From Diplonema japonicum (taxonomy: Eukaryota > Protista > Euglenozoa: Diplonemea), in assembly GCA_964019335.1 (NCBI GenBank), contig OZ025680.1, positions 124,001-188,000 of the forward strand: a DNA stretch of 64,000 bases, given 5' to 3'. This document shows positions 10,227 through 21,204 of the stretch, in pieces. The notes beneath the pieces are model-generated. The model was given only the letters and a program-made list of their open reading frames with translations, did not search any database and was not told the DNA's origin. Both the position numbers and the translations under genes were made by a program. The first letter of the stretch is position 1. Each line of letters opens with the position of its first letter.

Positions 10227-12470
10227 TCATTCACCTGAAGAGTCGGTATCAGCGGAGCACAGGATCGGATCGTGCTGGACCGGTAAGAAAGTGTTCGAGT
10301 GGTGCGTAGTAGCTGAGGTGGCTGAAAGTGCCTGGGAGGGCGTCCCATAGAACTTGTTGTGAATCACAGAAGGGGAGGCTTCCTCAGAGCAATGCACGGC
10401 CCCAGAGGCTGCCTGGAAGATGAAGGTATTGTGTGAGATGGAAGGCTTTGCAGCAGCACGGCAGACAACACCATAGGCAGTGAGTTCTGAGAAGACATTC
10501 TTCTTAAGGCATCCTCCTGCTTTGTTGCTGAAAACTATTCCAAAGGTGCCTCCTTCGAAGGTGTTCCTGCTGAACACCGGCTTGGCATGTTCTGTGATCA
10601 TGGCGGCACGTTCTTCGTTGTGCCTCATGACGTTGTGCTGCATGAGGCCCTTGGTCCCTACGCCTGTCACCTTCAAGCCCATACCCTCGTTCCGTGACAT
10701 TTCGTTCCGTAGAACGCTGGGGTTCGCGCCACCTTCGATTATGACGCCCACGCAGGAGTTGCGGGAGATGTCATTGTTCACAAGTCGGCCGCCAGCCTTC
10801 CCCGAGAAGACCACCCCCGACCCACGTCCCTTTATGATTTCATTGTCTTCGATTAGAGGTCTTGTGCTCAACCCCTCCACGACTACTCCGCAGTTCCCGC
10901 AGTCCGTGATGAGGTTGTTTTTTATGACTGGGTGTGCTTTTCCCAAAATGCTTACCCCGCACCCCCGCCCTTTGTTGCTGATGTGCGTGTCGCGTATCAA
11001 CGCGCACGACCCGCTCTTCACGACGATCGTCGCCCCCCCCTGCCCCACCACCACACAGTTCTGTATTGTCGCTAGTTTACTGCTAATGAGCACGACGCCG
11101 TCCCTCCCCGTTGCCTCGGACCGCATTGTGATGTTTTGGATGATCGTTTGCCCGCAGCACTCCGGCAGCGTGAAGCACGGCTGCCCCCCTTCGCATGTTA
11201 GTACCGTGTCCGCGGCCTTCCCTTCAGATGTGATCTTCAAAGGATACTTCAGTTTCATGTTGCGCACCACGTACGACCCCTCGCAGATCGTCACCGTGTC
11301 CCCCGGTGAGGCGGCCTGCACGGCTGCTTCGACGCTGCTGTGTTTCTGCGTTGCCATCCCTGCGCCCCACTCCTGCACGATGACACCCTCCTCCGTACGT
11401 AATGTGCTGCCGTTCACGACGTGGTTCATGCGCTTCCCGCCCAACCACCTCACCTCGTTGTTCACGACCTTCCACTTCAAACCATCTCGCTGCAGGGCTC
11501 GCTCTCGCACTGTATCCGCTGGGGCTTCTTTGTCACCCACCTTTGGGATTGCCGGCGGTGACGGCCCTTCGAACATGAGGGACTCGACATTAATGGAGTC
11601 CAGTGACATGCTCGTTGCCATCCCTATCCCTGAGCTTGTGCGCTGTGGTTGTGTGGTCGCTGGCCGCTTGGCCACACCCATGATGTACTGCTGCTGCCAC
11701 GATTCAATAAACCGGAACGCGGTGTCGTAGCCAGGGTGTTTCTCCTGAAGGAGCCGCTTTAGCATTTCGGGTGAATCGTCGCACTGCTGCACAGTGTCGT
11801 GTGCCAAAGCCTCTCCTGCTTGCTTGGAAACACCTGCGTGTTTGCAGAAGAAGTCAGCCAATTGTTTCGTTGCGTAGCTGCTGAAAGACTCTGGGGGCGG
11901 CAACGCGAAGTCTTCCGCAGCACCAGGTGCCCATATCTGTGGAGTGAGCTTCGAGACAGTGTGCAAGTGAAGCTTCCCTTGCGAGACTCCTATGCGTGTG
12001 TTGCGGACACCTTCGCTGAAGCTCGTGTTCTCCATGACAAGGGTTTTGGAGGGCTTCTTGAGGAATAGCGTCTGGCTAGGAGGGGCACACCACTGCACAG
12101 CACTGCTTTTTGCTTTGAACTCGCTGCAAGCTAACCGCAGCGACCGGCCAGCATGCCCCGCAAGCAACCGAGGAGACCCTGACCCACCGCTGGGCAAGGG
12201 GCACGTCTGCGGCCTTGGCACCGCTGCTACCACAGCACCCTTCCATGCACCCCACCAACCCACACACCCTGCTATCACCACCACGACTACCCCGGCATCT
12301 CTTCGCCTCCTCGACCCCTTTTTTGCTACTCTCACTGTCTTTTCCTTCTTTAGTTCCCTCTTCACAGACTTCTTTCTCGCCCTCTTCACAGGATGTATAT
12401 TGGTAGCCCAAAATGCGTCCCCCGCGGCAGCTGTTGCCAACGCCTTCAGCCTTCCGGCGTCATCCTCCAT
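10227..12470 (-). CDS. Right-handed parallel beta-helix (PbH1/NosD-like) repeat protein
   Basis: SVEAAVQAASPGDTVTICEGSY followed by many (I/V)..N.I...G..G repeats. Start taken at MEDDAG. Confidence 0.8.
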   Translation of the reverse strand: MEDDAGRLKALATAAAGDAFWATNIHPVKRARKKSVKRELKKEKTVRVAKKGSRRRRDAGVVVVVIAGCVGWWGAWKGAVVAAVPRPQTCPLPSGGSGSPRLLAGHAGRSLRLACSEFKAKSSAVQWCAPPSQTLFLKKPSKTLVMENTSFSEGVRNTRIGVSQGKLHLHTVSKLTPQIWAPGAAEDFALPPPESFSSYATKQLADFFCKHAGVSKQAGEALAHDTVQQCDDSPEMLKRLLQEKHPGYDTAFRFIESWQQQYIMGVAKRPATTQPQRTSSGIGMATSMSLDSINVESLMFEGPSPPAIPKVGDKEAPADTVRERALQRDGLKWKVVNNEVRWLGGKRMNHVVNGSTLRTEEGVIVQEWGAGMATQKHSSVEAAVQAASPGDTVTICEGSYVVRNMKLKYPLKITSEGKAADTVLTCEGGQPCFTLPECCGQTIIQNITMRSEATGRDGVVLISSKLATIQNCVVVGQGGATIVVKSGSCALIRDTHISNKGRGCGVSILGKAHPVIKNNLITDCGNCGVVVEGLSTRPLIEDNEIIKGRGSGVVFSGKAGGRLVNNDISRNSCVGVIIEGGANPSVLRNEMSRNEGMGLKVTGVGTKGLMQHNVMRHNEERAAMITEHAKPVFSRNTFEGGTFGIVFSNKAGGCLKKNVFSELTAYGVVCRAAAKPSISHNTFIFQAASGAVHCSEEASPSVIHNKFYGTPSQALSATSATTHHSNTFLPVQHDPILCSADTDSSGE

Positions 12471-12554
12471 CCCCGACCACTGTGTGTGTGTTGTGGAGCA
12501 AGGTGTCAACTGTTAAGTATAAACAACTGTTAGGAGATGGCAGTGTGTAAATGT

Positions 12555-13493
12555 CTAGCCTGCCTGCAGGATGTGCAAGTCGTTGAGGTAGCGCGTTCCG
12601 TCGTAGCCGCCGAAGCAAAGCATTAACTTCGAGATGAACGAGGAGTCGGAGCAGCTAGGGGGGATCCCTGCGACGGAGGTGGAGGCCCTGCCCACTGGGG
12701 GGTCGGTCACTTTTGGTCGGCGCCACACGGGAGGGTCTTTGACATCGAGGAGCGTCGTGTCGCTGAAGTAGGAATCGCCGCAGAAGCCTCCGAAGACGTA
12801 CAACCGATTGTTCGCGAAATACGTAGCAGGGGAAACGCGGGGCTTGGTGTCACCAGCAGCAGTGACGGCCTCCCAACGGAGGTTTTTTAGCGACAACCGT
12901 GAGACGTCCCTGCAGCACCGCCCATCGTGCCCGCCCGTCACGTACAGGTAGTCGCCGTTGCTGTCGTAGCTGGAGGAGTGCGAGTGACGTGGGGTAGGCG
13001 AATCACCTCTTGCCGCTCCGAGCAGCCAGGAGTAGTTCCGCAAATCGAGCTGCTGCACTTTACTGCTGTAGCACCCATCATCGCCACCAAACACAACAGG
13101 GCCGTGTGCACGGTCGAAGGACATTGCCGTCTCCGTTATGTACGAAGGGTTGTAAGGGTTCTGGTACTTTACCTGCTGTTTCACCCAACAGCAGGACCTC
13201 GGGTCGAACAGCCATATCTTGTTATGGTACAGAGCATCGCCGTGCCCCGACCACACGACAAGCTCCTTTTCGACGAAGCAGCTCATTTGCTGGTTGATCC
13301 TGTCGGGGCCCTCGTTGCGTATCTGTTCATGCACCCACGTGCTGGTACCCATGTCAAGCCACCACATATCCTTCATCTGTACTGACCCCTGCCACCCCCC
13401 TGCTATGTACAGCTTCGTCCCCACCACGTTCGACACGGCATCGCACCTAGGCGGCGGGAGGTCACCGCTTGTTTTTATCTCATTCCAGTACAT
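12555..13493 (-). CDS. Kelch-repeat beta-propeller protein
   Basis: About six Kelch repeats (PPPRCDA..LYIAGG, PTPRHSH..LYVTGG, LYVFGG, CFGGYDG..LNDL). Confidence 0.9.
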   Translation of the reverse strand: MYWNEIKTSGDLPPPRCDAVSNVVGTKLYIAGGWQGSVQMKDMWWLDMGTSTWVHEQIRNEGPDRINQQMSCFVEKELVVWSGHGDALYHNKIWLFDPRSCCWVKQQVKYQNPYNPSYITETAMSFDRAHGPVVFGGDDGCYSSKVQQLDLRNYSWLLGAARGDSPTPRHSHSSSYDSNGDYLYVTGGHDGRCCRDVSRLSLKNLRWEAVTAAGDTKPRVSPATYFANNRLYVFGGFCGDSYFSDTTLLDVKDPPVWRRPKVTDPPVGRASTSVAGIPPSCSDSSFISKLMLCFGGYDGTRYLNDLHILQAG

Positions 13494-13603
13494 CCTGTTT
13501 GAGTATGATATGAATACGTCAATAGCGCAGCCAAAAGTGTTAGATTCTTATACAAGTTCATCCTCAGAGGGCGGGAGGCCGGGGTGTTACATATGGGTGT
13601 GCT

Positions 13604-15114
13604 CTACCGACTTTCACTTTTAGTGTCAGTCGAGGAGCTTTTCTTACTGATCTCCGAAGGGCTTCTTTCGAGCGCAGAGTCCTTTGAGCCGTCCCGCATG
13701 ACGCTCTCGGAGCCGTCCTTCGTGTCGTCCAGTTTTATCTCCACCGTCTCCTCCCTTGTCATCTCCTCCCTCGTGTCATCTAGCTTTATCTCAGTCGTCT
13801 CTTCTCTCGTCATCTCGGTGGTATCGTCCAACTTGAACTCTACCGTCTCCTCCCTTGTCATTTCCTCCTTCGTTTCGTCCAGCTTCATCTCGACAGTGTC
13901 ATCTTCAGACCTGCTGAGCTGCACGACACCCACACTCTCCTTTGTACTGCTTGCGTCGCGAGTGGAGTCCCCCCCGTCAGGTGACGTGGCAGGCCGGGGC
14001 ACTTTCTTCTTCGTCTTCAACCGCGTCATCCATGACTGGCCTTGCTTCAGCGCCATAGGTGGTGACGGGGCATCCCTCTGCTTCTTCGCTTCTTTCGCTT
14101 CTTGGATGTTCTTGACTCTGATTTCGTGAGCTTTTGTTATGGATTTAGGGTCCTGTCATGTGTGATGGTGATTGTCTATGTGCATACACTACTCTGCGTT
14201 CGCCAATTGGTATTGCTGCCATGGAGCTCGTCGAGGAGTTGTTTGACTGTGGGGAGCTCTTCGTGTCTGACGGCACATTTCGCACACCCTGCCTTCGCGT
14301 GGTACTTGCACCGGGAGTGGTTGACGGGTTTTGTCCTCTTTACGAAGAGTGCTGAGGGCCAGTACTCGGAGGCTCCGTCGTCGAAGTCGATGAGCACGTT
14401 GCCGTTGTCGTCCGCCACCTCGACGCCAGTCACGATGTCCATGGCGATGATGCCTGACCGCACGGCTTCTGTCGCACCGTAAGAACATCTCTTGCTGCGT
14501 GACTTGTTCCACGAGAGACCTGCCTCGCTGATGACGATGTGCGCGTCGTCTGCGATTAGCAAGCACACCCGCCGCTTCTGGTGCCCAACGATTACCTCGT
14601 CCGCATTGAGGTTCACTTGCTCCCATGCTCTGCGCCGCATCTCTTGTTTATTGCGGTACACCTGGCCGTCGTTGTAGAGCTTCTCCCATGTGTTGCGGCC
14701 AGGGGAGAGGGACTCGCGTTCGCGTTCAGAAGATTTTGAGTAGGAACGGGTCACAGGCTGCGGCTCATAGTCAGCGGGAAGGGCCGGCAGCTCCAGGTTA
14801 TTCCGAACCTTGCACGTCTCGGCCAGCCTGTGCAGTTCGTAAAGGACGTAGTCAGAGTCATCCACCCTCCCACCCCGTCCTGCTTGGTCCTTCAAGATTC
14901 GTGTTTGCCTGTCAAACACAAGCGTTTCTACGGTTCCTACATTCTTTCCCTTCACACTCAGCATCATGCCATCCCCCGCTCTTTCATACACCAGTGGCAG
15001 CAGGGCGTGCCCTGCAAAGTTAGTTATGCTCACATGTATCTGGCCTGACTCCCAACCAAACTTCTTTGGACTGTACGGTATGACACTTGCTTCGCTGGTG
15101 TCTGAGTCGCTCAT
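13604..15114 (-). CDS. Hypothetical protein, 2 exons, with TREETVEIKLDDT-type repeats
   Basis: 35-nt intron 14153-14187 (GTATGC...GACAG) joins ORFs 14176-15114 and 13604-14056 in frame. Confidence 0.75.
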
Positions 15115-15810
15115 GTTTACCGAACCTGTTGAAGAATGGAGAGTGAAAGGAGAGGGAAGTGTTGAACGAGAAAAGTTGCGCTCCGCTCGGTGAGCTGGGT
15201 ACTGGCGTCGGTGCTTTAGTTGGCACGCCTAATGGACTCAGGACAGTGGTTGTTTGGTGGGAAAATATAACAATGGAACAACAATGAAGAAAAAGGGAGG
15301 GGGGGTTTTTTTTTTGGACAAAAAAAAAGAAGAAGATCAACAAAAAAAATGCTGGGATAGAACAAGAAGATAAGAAAAAGAGAACAAAAAAAAACAAGTT
15401 TTACTTCGGAAAAAAAAAAAAGAAGAAAGAAGAAAAAACCTTGACATTGGCTATTCCTCTTTTTTTTCCCCCACTCGCGGTTGACACCCTCCCCTTGAAA
15501 AGAAAAAAGAAGAAAAAAAAATCACTAAGGGAGGAATTAGCAACACGACTCCACCCCTGCAGTGGCAACAAAGAAAGAAAGAAAAAAAAAAACACACCCC
15601 TTCGACCCCTCAATTCTTTTCGGTGAGCACCCACTCGCACACCGAAATTTATCGAAATCTTTACTCCATATGGTTCGTATATTTCTTTTTTTTTAAAACA
15701 AAAAACTTTTCAACACCCCCACCTCCCCTATAGACATCATCAAATATCATTGCCAATGACTATCCATATTAAAAAAAATAATAATAATAATAATAATAAT
15801 AAAAAAGAAG

Positions 15811-17178
15811 CTATCGTTTTGGCTGTGCCATGGACATAGAATAGAGAAATGCACCACCACCTGGTTTGGCTTGGGTGTTGTACCGTCGTTGAGCTTGGTG
15901 GTTGAAGCTAAGAGGCGAGGACTGCGCACGCGGGAAGGTGTCGTAGGTGTCGTCGGGCTCCTCAACGAAATATGAAGACGAGGCACGATCAGGGAGGGAA
16001 GTGTTCACTTCTGGGATGTCCTCCTTTTCTTTCGTTTCACGCTTTCCCTCCTCTTCGCTTGATGACGAGTCGGGCTCCTCACTCTCACCACCAGCACCCC
16101 ACTTGTTGTTCCTTCCTTTAAGAACAGAAGAACCACGAGCTTCAACATCAAGCTCTAGCTTCCGATGCATCGCCTTTAATCTCTTCTCCGTTGCTGGCGA
16201 AAGATCAGCAGGGTCGTCGGGGTTTGTAATGCAAAAGACTCTATTCGAGTGTACAATCTGCCCTAGACATCCACGAATCTTTGCCTCGAGCGCATCATCC
16301 ATCCCCCAAGTATACTTCCCAACCCTGTCCATATGCGTTACAACCACAAACGGTGCGTTTCCGAGATGGTTCTCCCACCATGAAAATCGTGTTGCAAGGT
16401 CCTTGACACGGGAGATGGACGGTTCGAAACGTGTGGATAAGAAGGGAACGGTGGCGATACCGTTGTCCTTCAGAATGTCTGTCGAGGGGATCACAAAGAC
16501 AACATGGTCGATGGTGTTTGCAGGGACAACCTTTGACTGCCTCCATGAGTTCTCTGTGTTCTCCGACACAAGGTCGCTCTTCCACTCTAACCCTTTCAAC
16601 ATCTTATCATACAGCATGGCCTCATCAGGGCTGCTTTCAAGTCCTTTGTTGAACCGCCTTCCTGCTGTGTCGACCAACACCCATCTCACCTCGCCTGCCT
16701 GGTCATAGTACGGTTCGTAGCATGCTGTCCCTCTGCTTGCGGCTCTGCCTACTGGTGCTGTTGCCCATGCATCACCGCCAGTGATGGCCCGTCGGTATGT
16801 GTTGATGAATGCGCTTTTCCCTGCATGCTGCTTCCCAAGGACCAGGATGTTGCGTGCTCTGGGCAGGGCGGGTTTTTTTGTTTTCTTCTTTTTCTTTTTT
16901 GACGTGGTAGTTTTGGTGACCCCGGTGGCACACCCTTCAATCAGCAACGGTTGGGCCCCTTGGATAGATGGTGGGGGGTCCTCTCGCAACACCTCGGCCA
17001 CGGGTGGTCTGTCTACATATTGCTCTTGAGCATATGTTTGGTGTTGCACATGATGTTGTTGTTGTTGTTGTTGTTGCTGTTGTTGTTGTTTCACCCCCTC
17101 ACTTGCGTAAACTGTCTTGCGTACTTTTTTACCCCTCTTCGGCTGCGGGGTTGTGAACATGTCGCCCAGCCAGCTCAT
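15811..17178 (-). CDS. IFI44-like P-loop GTPase-fold protein
   Basis: LVLGKQHAGKSAFINT (Walker A), APVG..SRGT, LVDTAG, IDHVVFV, VVVTHMD. Confidence 0.65.
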   Translation of the reverse strand: MSWLGDMFTTPQPKRGKKVRKTVYASEGVKQQQQQQQQQQQHHVQHQTYAQEQYVDRPPVAEVLREDPPPSIQGAQPLLIEGCATGVTKTTTSKKKKKKTKKPALPRARNILVLGKQHAGKSAFINTYRRAITGGDAWATAPVGRAASRGTACYEPYYDQAGEVRWVLVDTAGRRFNKGLESSPDEAMLYDKMLKGLEWKSDLVSENTENSWRQSKVVPANTIDHVVFVIPSTDILKDNGIATVPFLSTRFEPSISRVKDLATRFSWWENHLGNAPFVVVTHMDRVGKYTWGMDDALEAKIRGCLGQIVHSNRVFCITNPDDPADLSPATEKRLKAMHRKLELDVEARGSSVLKGRNNKWGAGGESEEPDSSSSEEEGKRETKEKEDIPEVNTSLPDRASSSYFVEEPDDTYDTFPRAQSSPLSFNHQAQRRYNTQAKPGGGAFLYSMSMAQPKR

Positions 17179-17813
17179 TTTCTCCTTTCTTTTTGTGGTT
17201 TTTTTCTTTCTTTTTTTCTTGTTGCCTTAAAAAAAAAGAGAAACAAAAATAATAAAAAATTAACAACCGGTTTTTTTTTCTCTATGAACAGTGGATGGAG
17301 TGAGAGCTACAAAAAAAAAATTCTTAAACTCCATATTTGTTCGCTCTACTTTTTTTTGGTGGTCTCACCCCCATTTTTTTTTGTCGTTGCTTTTTTTTTT
17401 AATTCAAACAAAACAGCTGGGGGAGAAGAGAGGGAATCTAACACAGGGGGGGGGGGGGAATACACCCGCGAAAAGGAAAAACGGGAAACGAAAAAAAAAG
17501 GGGGGAGAACAATGAGTACAAAAAACTCGCTCTTTTAACGTCAAGGTGGCACAAGTCAGGCGCTCAATACGACCACCACAGTCGGCTCCAAGTGTACCAT
17601 AAAATACTTGGGATGGGGGTGGGGGTCTTTGTGGCCAAACGACATATTGGAGTGAGTGTGCGGCGCCGAGCACCCCGTCACTGACACAGACAGATAAAGG
17701 GGGGATAAAAAAATCTAAAGATAATAAAAATTTAAGAAAAAAAAACAATAAATAACACCAGAAAAGGAAGAGAGAAAAAAAAAAAAGAAGAAGAAAAAAA
17801 ATTTTTCGTTCTT

Positions 17814-19899
17814 TCAATCAGCTTGCGCCCCGAATTGCTGCAGGGTATTGATATTATTATTATTATTTTTTTTTCCCCCCTCTCCCGCAAAAAAGGCACA
17901 CCTCGTTCCACACAATAAGCTGCTGCAACAACACGTCGCTTACACTTTTTCGGATTTTTTTCAACTGTTTTCTCACATCGCCTTCATTGATGGGCCGCAG
18001 GTCGTTCACGTCGGCAAGAAGAAGGTCATTGCAGTCATCGAGTGGAGCCAACGCCAGCTCACGGCACAGATTGGCCAGATCGCAGAAGGAATAATCCTGT
18101 GTCTCTTGTGCCAAGAGTTCCCATGTCTCGGGGGTGAAGGCAATATTGAGGTTTTCATCATGCTCAAGCACACGATGGCAGTACCGCAGGCGAGTGTCTT
18201 GGCTGGGAAGGGGCACGTACACCCTCTTCTCCAACCGTCTCAGGACAGCGTCATCAAGGTCCATAGGCCGGTTGGTTGCCGCCATCACCAAGACGTTGTT
18301 GTTTGACGCACCCGCCCCATCGAGCTGCACAAGGAACTCTGTCTTTAGTCTCCTTGAGGCTTCGTGCTCATTCCCCCCACCGCCTCTTGTTGTCAGAAGA
18401 CTGTCAATCTCGTCAAGGAACACGAACGACGGTGCCAGTGCCCTTGCACAGGCGAACAGCGCCTTCACGTTCTTCTCACCGTCACCGACCATCTTGCTCG
18501 TTAGTACTGACGCAGAGATGTTGAAAAACGTCAGCCCGCACTGCGCTGCCACCGCCTTCGCCAGCATCGTTTTCCCGTTCCCAGGAGGACCGAACAGGAG
18601 CAGGCCCTTCGCAGGCTTCCTCAAACCCTGATTGTTTTGTATTTTTTTTGTCTTCGGAAACTATACCTGAAACAGTTTAGGGTTTTTCCTTGGCAGGATG
18701 ACGCTTCTGTCTAGCGTCTTCTTCGCCTCCTCCAGCCCGTGGACATCGTCGAAGGTGATGCCCCGCTCCTGCAAGGTGCTCACGTCTAGGATCTCGTTGC
18801 GGATGCCCTGCAGGATGTCGTTAGGGATGTTGCGCGTCGCCTCGTGCTCCTTGAGGGCCTTCATCACGTGGTCGATGTTCTCTTCTCTGGCCTCCTCCTT
18901 GGCCTTCTTGGAGCCCGCCTGCCAGGGCTTCTCGTACACCGTGCGGGACTTCTTCTTCGCGTCCGCCTTGTCCAGCAGCTTCGAGGAGGGCAGCTCGGGT
19001 TTTTTCACCATAACGGTGCGCTTCGGAGGTGCTGGCCTTGCATGCATGTCCTTAGGGGGGGAGTGCCTTCTGTTTCTGTTGGCGTGCGAGGCTGATGTTG
19101 TGGACGAGCTGTTGGACTTCAGAGACGACGAGAGGCTCACATTGCATGACTGGTCTGCTCGCTTGTTCATAGACCTGGTACGGACGCTAGGCTTTGTTTG
19201 TGCGGGCTTCCATGGTTTATCCCGCGATGCGGTTCTAGTAGTGGGAGCAACACCATTGGTGCCGGGGACAGGACCCACGCCAACCCACTGGGGTCTCGCT
19301 GCGGGGGTGGAGTTGCGTTCCCACCAAGGCACGTCGGAGACCTTGAAATTGTCCATTGGCTTCAGGGTGGTACCAGACGCGCCCTGGCGCAGGGTGGGGA
19401 TGTCGTCCATGGTCTCCTCCTCATCTGTGTCATCGTCGTGAACAGGTGCTGTGCGGTGCTTCCTACTACGGGGGTTGGGTGATGGGGTTTGCGCTGAGGA
19501 ATCAGAGTCAGACTCGGAGTCAAATGACATCTCAGTGTCGCTCTCAGTAGAGGCAGAGTCTACCGACATGTCGCTGTCTTCGTCGGGGCAGAAGTTGGTA
19601 AGGTCGTAGGCCGCCATGTCAATTGGCTCCCCTGTCTCTAAGGTTCTTAGAACCCAGTTTACATCTATGATCTTCTTCCTAGCGATCCTAACTGTTTCGA
19701 CCTTCTTTGGGGGGTTTCTCGCTGTTTCCTTGTCCATCAGTAGTACGTCTGGTACGTCCTTTCGAGACCCGTTCCAGTTCAGCACCACTACTCCCTCTTC
19801 TTTCAGTACATCCTGTGCTGTCTTGTACACCTTGCTCCGCCTTCCAGCAAATGCCACTTTTCGCATCCAACTTGGGAAGAATGGGGTGGCATCTTCCAT
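17814..19899 (-). CDS. BRCT-domain AAA ATPase of the spastin/fidgetin/katanin clade (3 exons)
   Basis: Introns 18628-18666 and 17838-17901. Motifs GLLLFGPPGNGKT, FLDEID, AATNRP..LD.AVLRR, and a spliced end WNEQFGAQAD*. N-terminal BRCT-like WVLRTLETGEPIDMAAYDL. Confidence 0.85.
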
Positions 19900-20670
19900 G
19901 TTTCTGGGCCTTTATTTATATTTTTTTTATATCTTTTTTTCTTCCCCTCCCACACCCTCCTCCTCCCCCCCTCCCCTTCCTGTTGTGAAATATTTGGGGG
20001 GGAAAAAAAAAGGTGATTTGTTAAAAAGAGAAGAAAGGGAAGGGGGAAAAAAAAAGGGGGGGGGGGAAACGAGAGGAACAAGAGAGGGAACAGGGCGGGC
20101 ACTGCCAAAAAAAAAAAAAAAAAGAAAAAAACGAGAGGAAAGGGATTGATGGAGTGGGAGGAGTGGGTAAAAACCCTTCGCCTCTTCACGCAGATCAAGT
20201 ATAGGGACAAAAGTGCAAACTGTTTGGTAGGAGTTGAGATAGCGGAAAAGAAGTGAATTTTTTTTTTTTTTTTTTAAAATAAGAATGAGAGTAGAAACAG
20301 TGAGAAATGCTTCGGCAGGGCTGCCCCTTTTCTTCTACGAAGGTTTACTTTATAAATGGCATCGAGACGGGAAAAAAAAAAAAAGAAGAAGACAAAAGGG
20401 CAGAAAGCAATTCTACTCAAAAATAAATATCTCATTTCTAAAAAGGGAAAAAGAAAAAGAAAGAAAAAGAGAAAGAGAAAAGAAGCAAAAGAGTGAAAAC
20501 GAGCAACAGGGCTGATGACTCATCACTCCCAAAGGTGGCCTAGAGCCAGAGAGTGTAGTTATCCCACTGCTTTCTCAACTTCTTCTTTTTTGCTCTTTCC
20601 CAATCATTTTTTCCCTCTTTTTTTACAGACAGAATTTTTAACTGTTTTTGAATATATTCGTCTTCCCTGC

Positions 20671-20701
<31 letters not shown>

Positions 20702-20896
20702 ACTTTACGAGGGATGCAAGGGAAGGGGTGGTTGCAGTGACTATACAGCTTTTGTTTTTTTATTATTATTTTTTTTTTCTTCTGTTCTCTCTTTTTTTTT
20801 ATTGTCCATGTGTTTGTGAAAAAGTCAAAAAAAAAAAAAAAACTCAAAGAGTTAACATTTTTTTTTCCCCTTAAAAGGTCGAATACGTTACTGTAC

Positions 20897-20947
<51 letters not shown>

Positions 20948-21058
20948 GGGAAAAAAAAAAGAAACGTGTGGACTTTCCCGCCAGAGCGGGACTCATTTTA
21001 GTTTTTTTATAAAAAAAAAAAAGGAGAGAGAGGCGTGGAGCCAGAAAAAGCAGAATGG

Positions 21059-21092
<34 letters not shown>

Positions 21093-21158
21093 AACAAATA
21101 AACTTTTTTTAATAAAAAAAAATGGGCATTCGTTCATTCGTTCATTCTTCTCTATTCT

Positions 21159-21192
<34 letters not shown>

Positions 21193-21204
21193 CTCGTTCA
21201 AAAG

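Noticed and set aside
10480-11730. Long plus-strand ORFs (also 25793-26539, 61127-62137 and others)
   Set aside because: Antisense shadows of GC-rich minus-strand genes, with no protein motifs.
17559-17646. 29-aa ORF (MSFGHKDPHPHP...) upstream of the IFI44-like gene
   Set aside because: Too short, with no supporting motif. It may simply be UTR.
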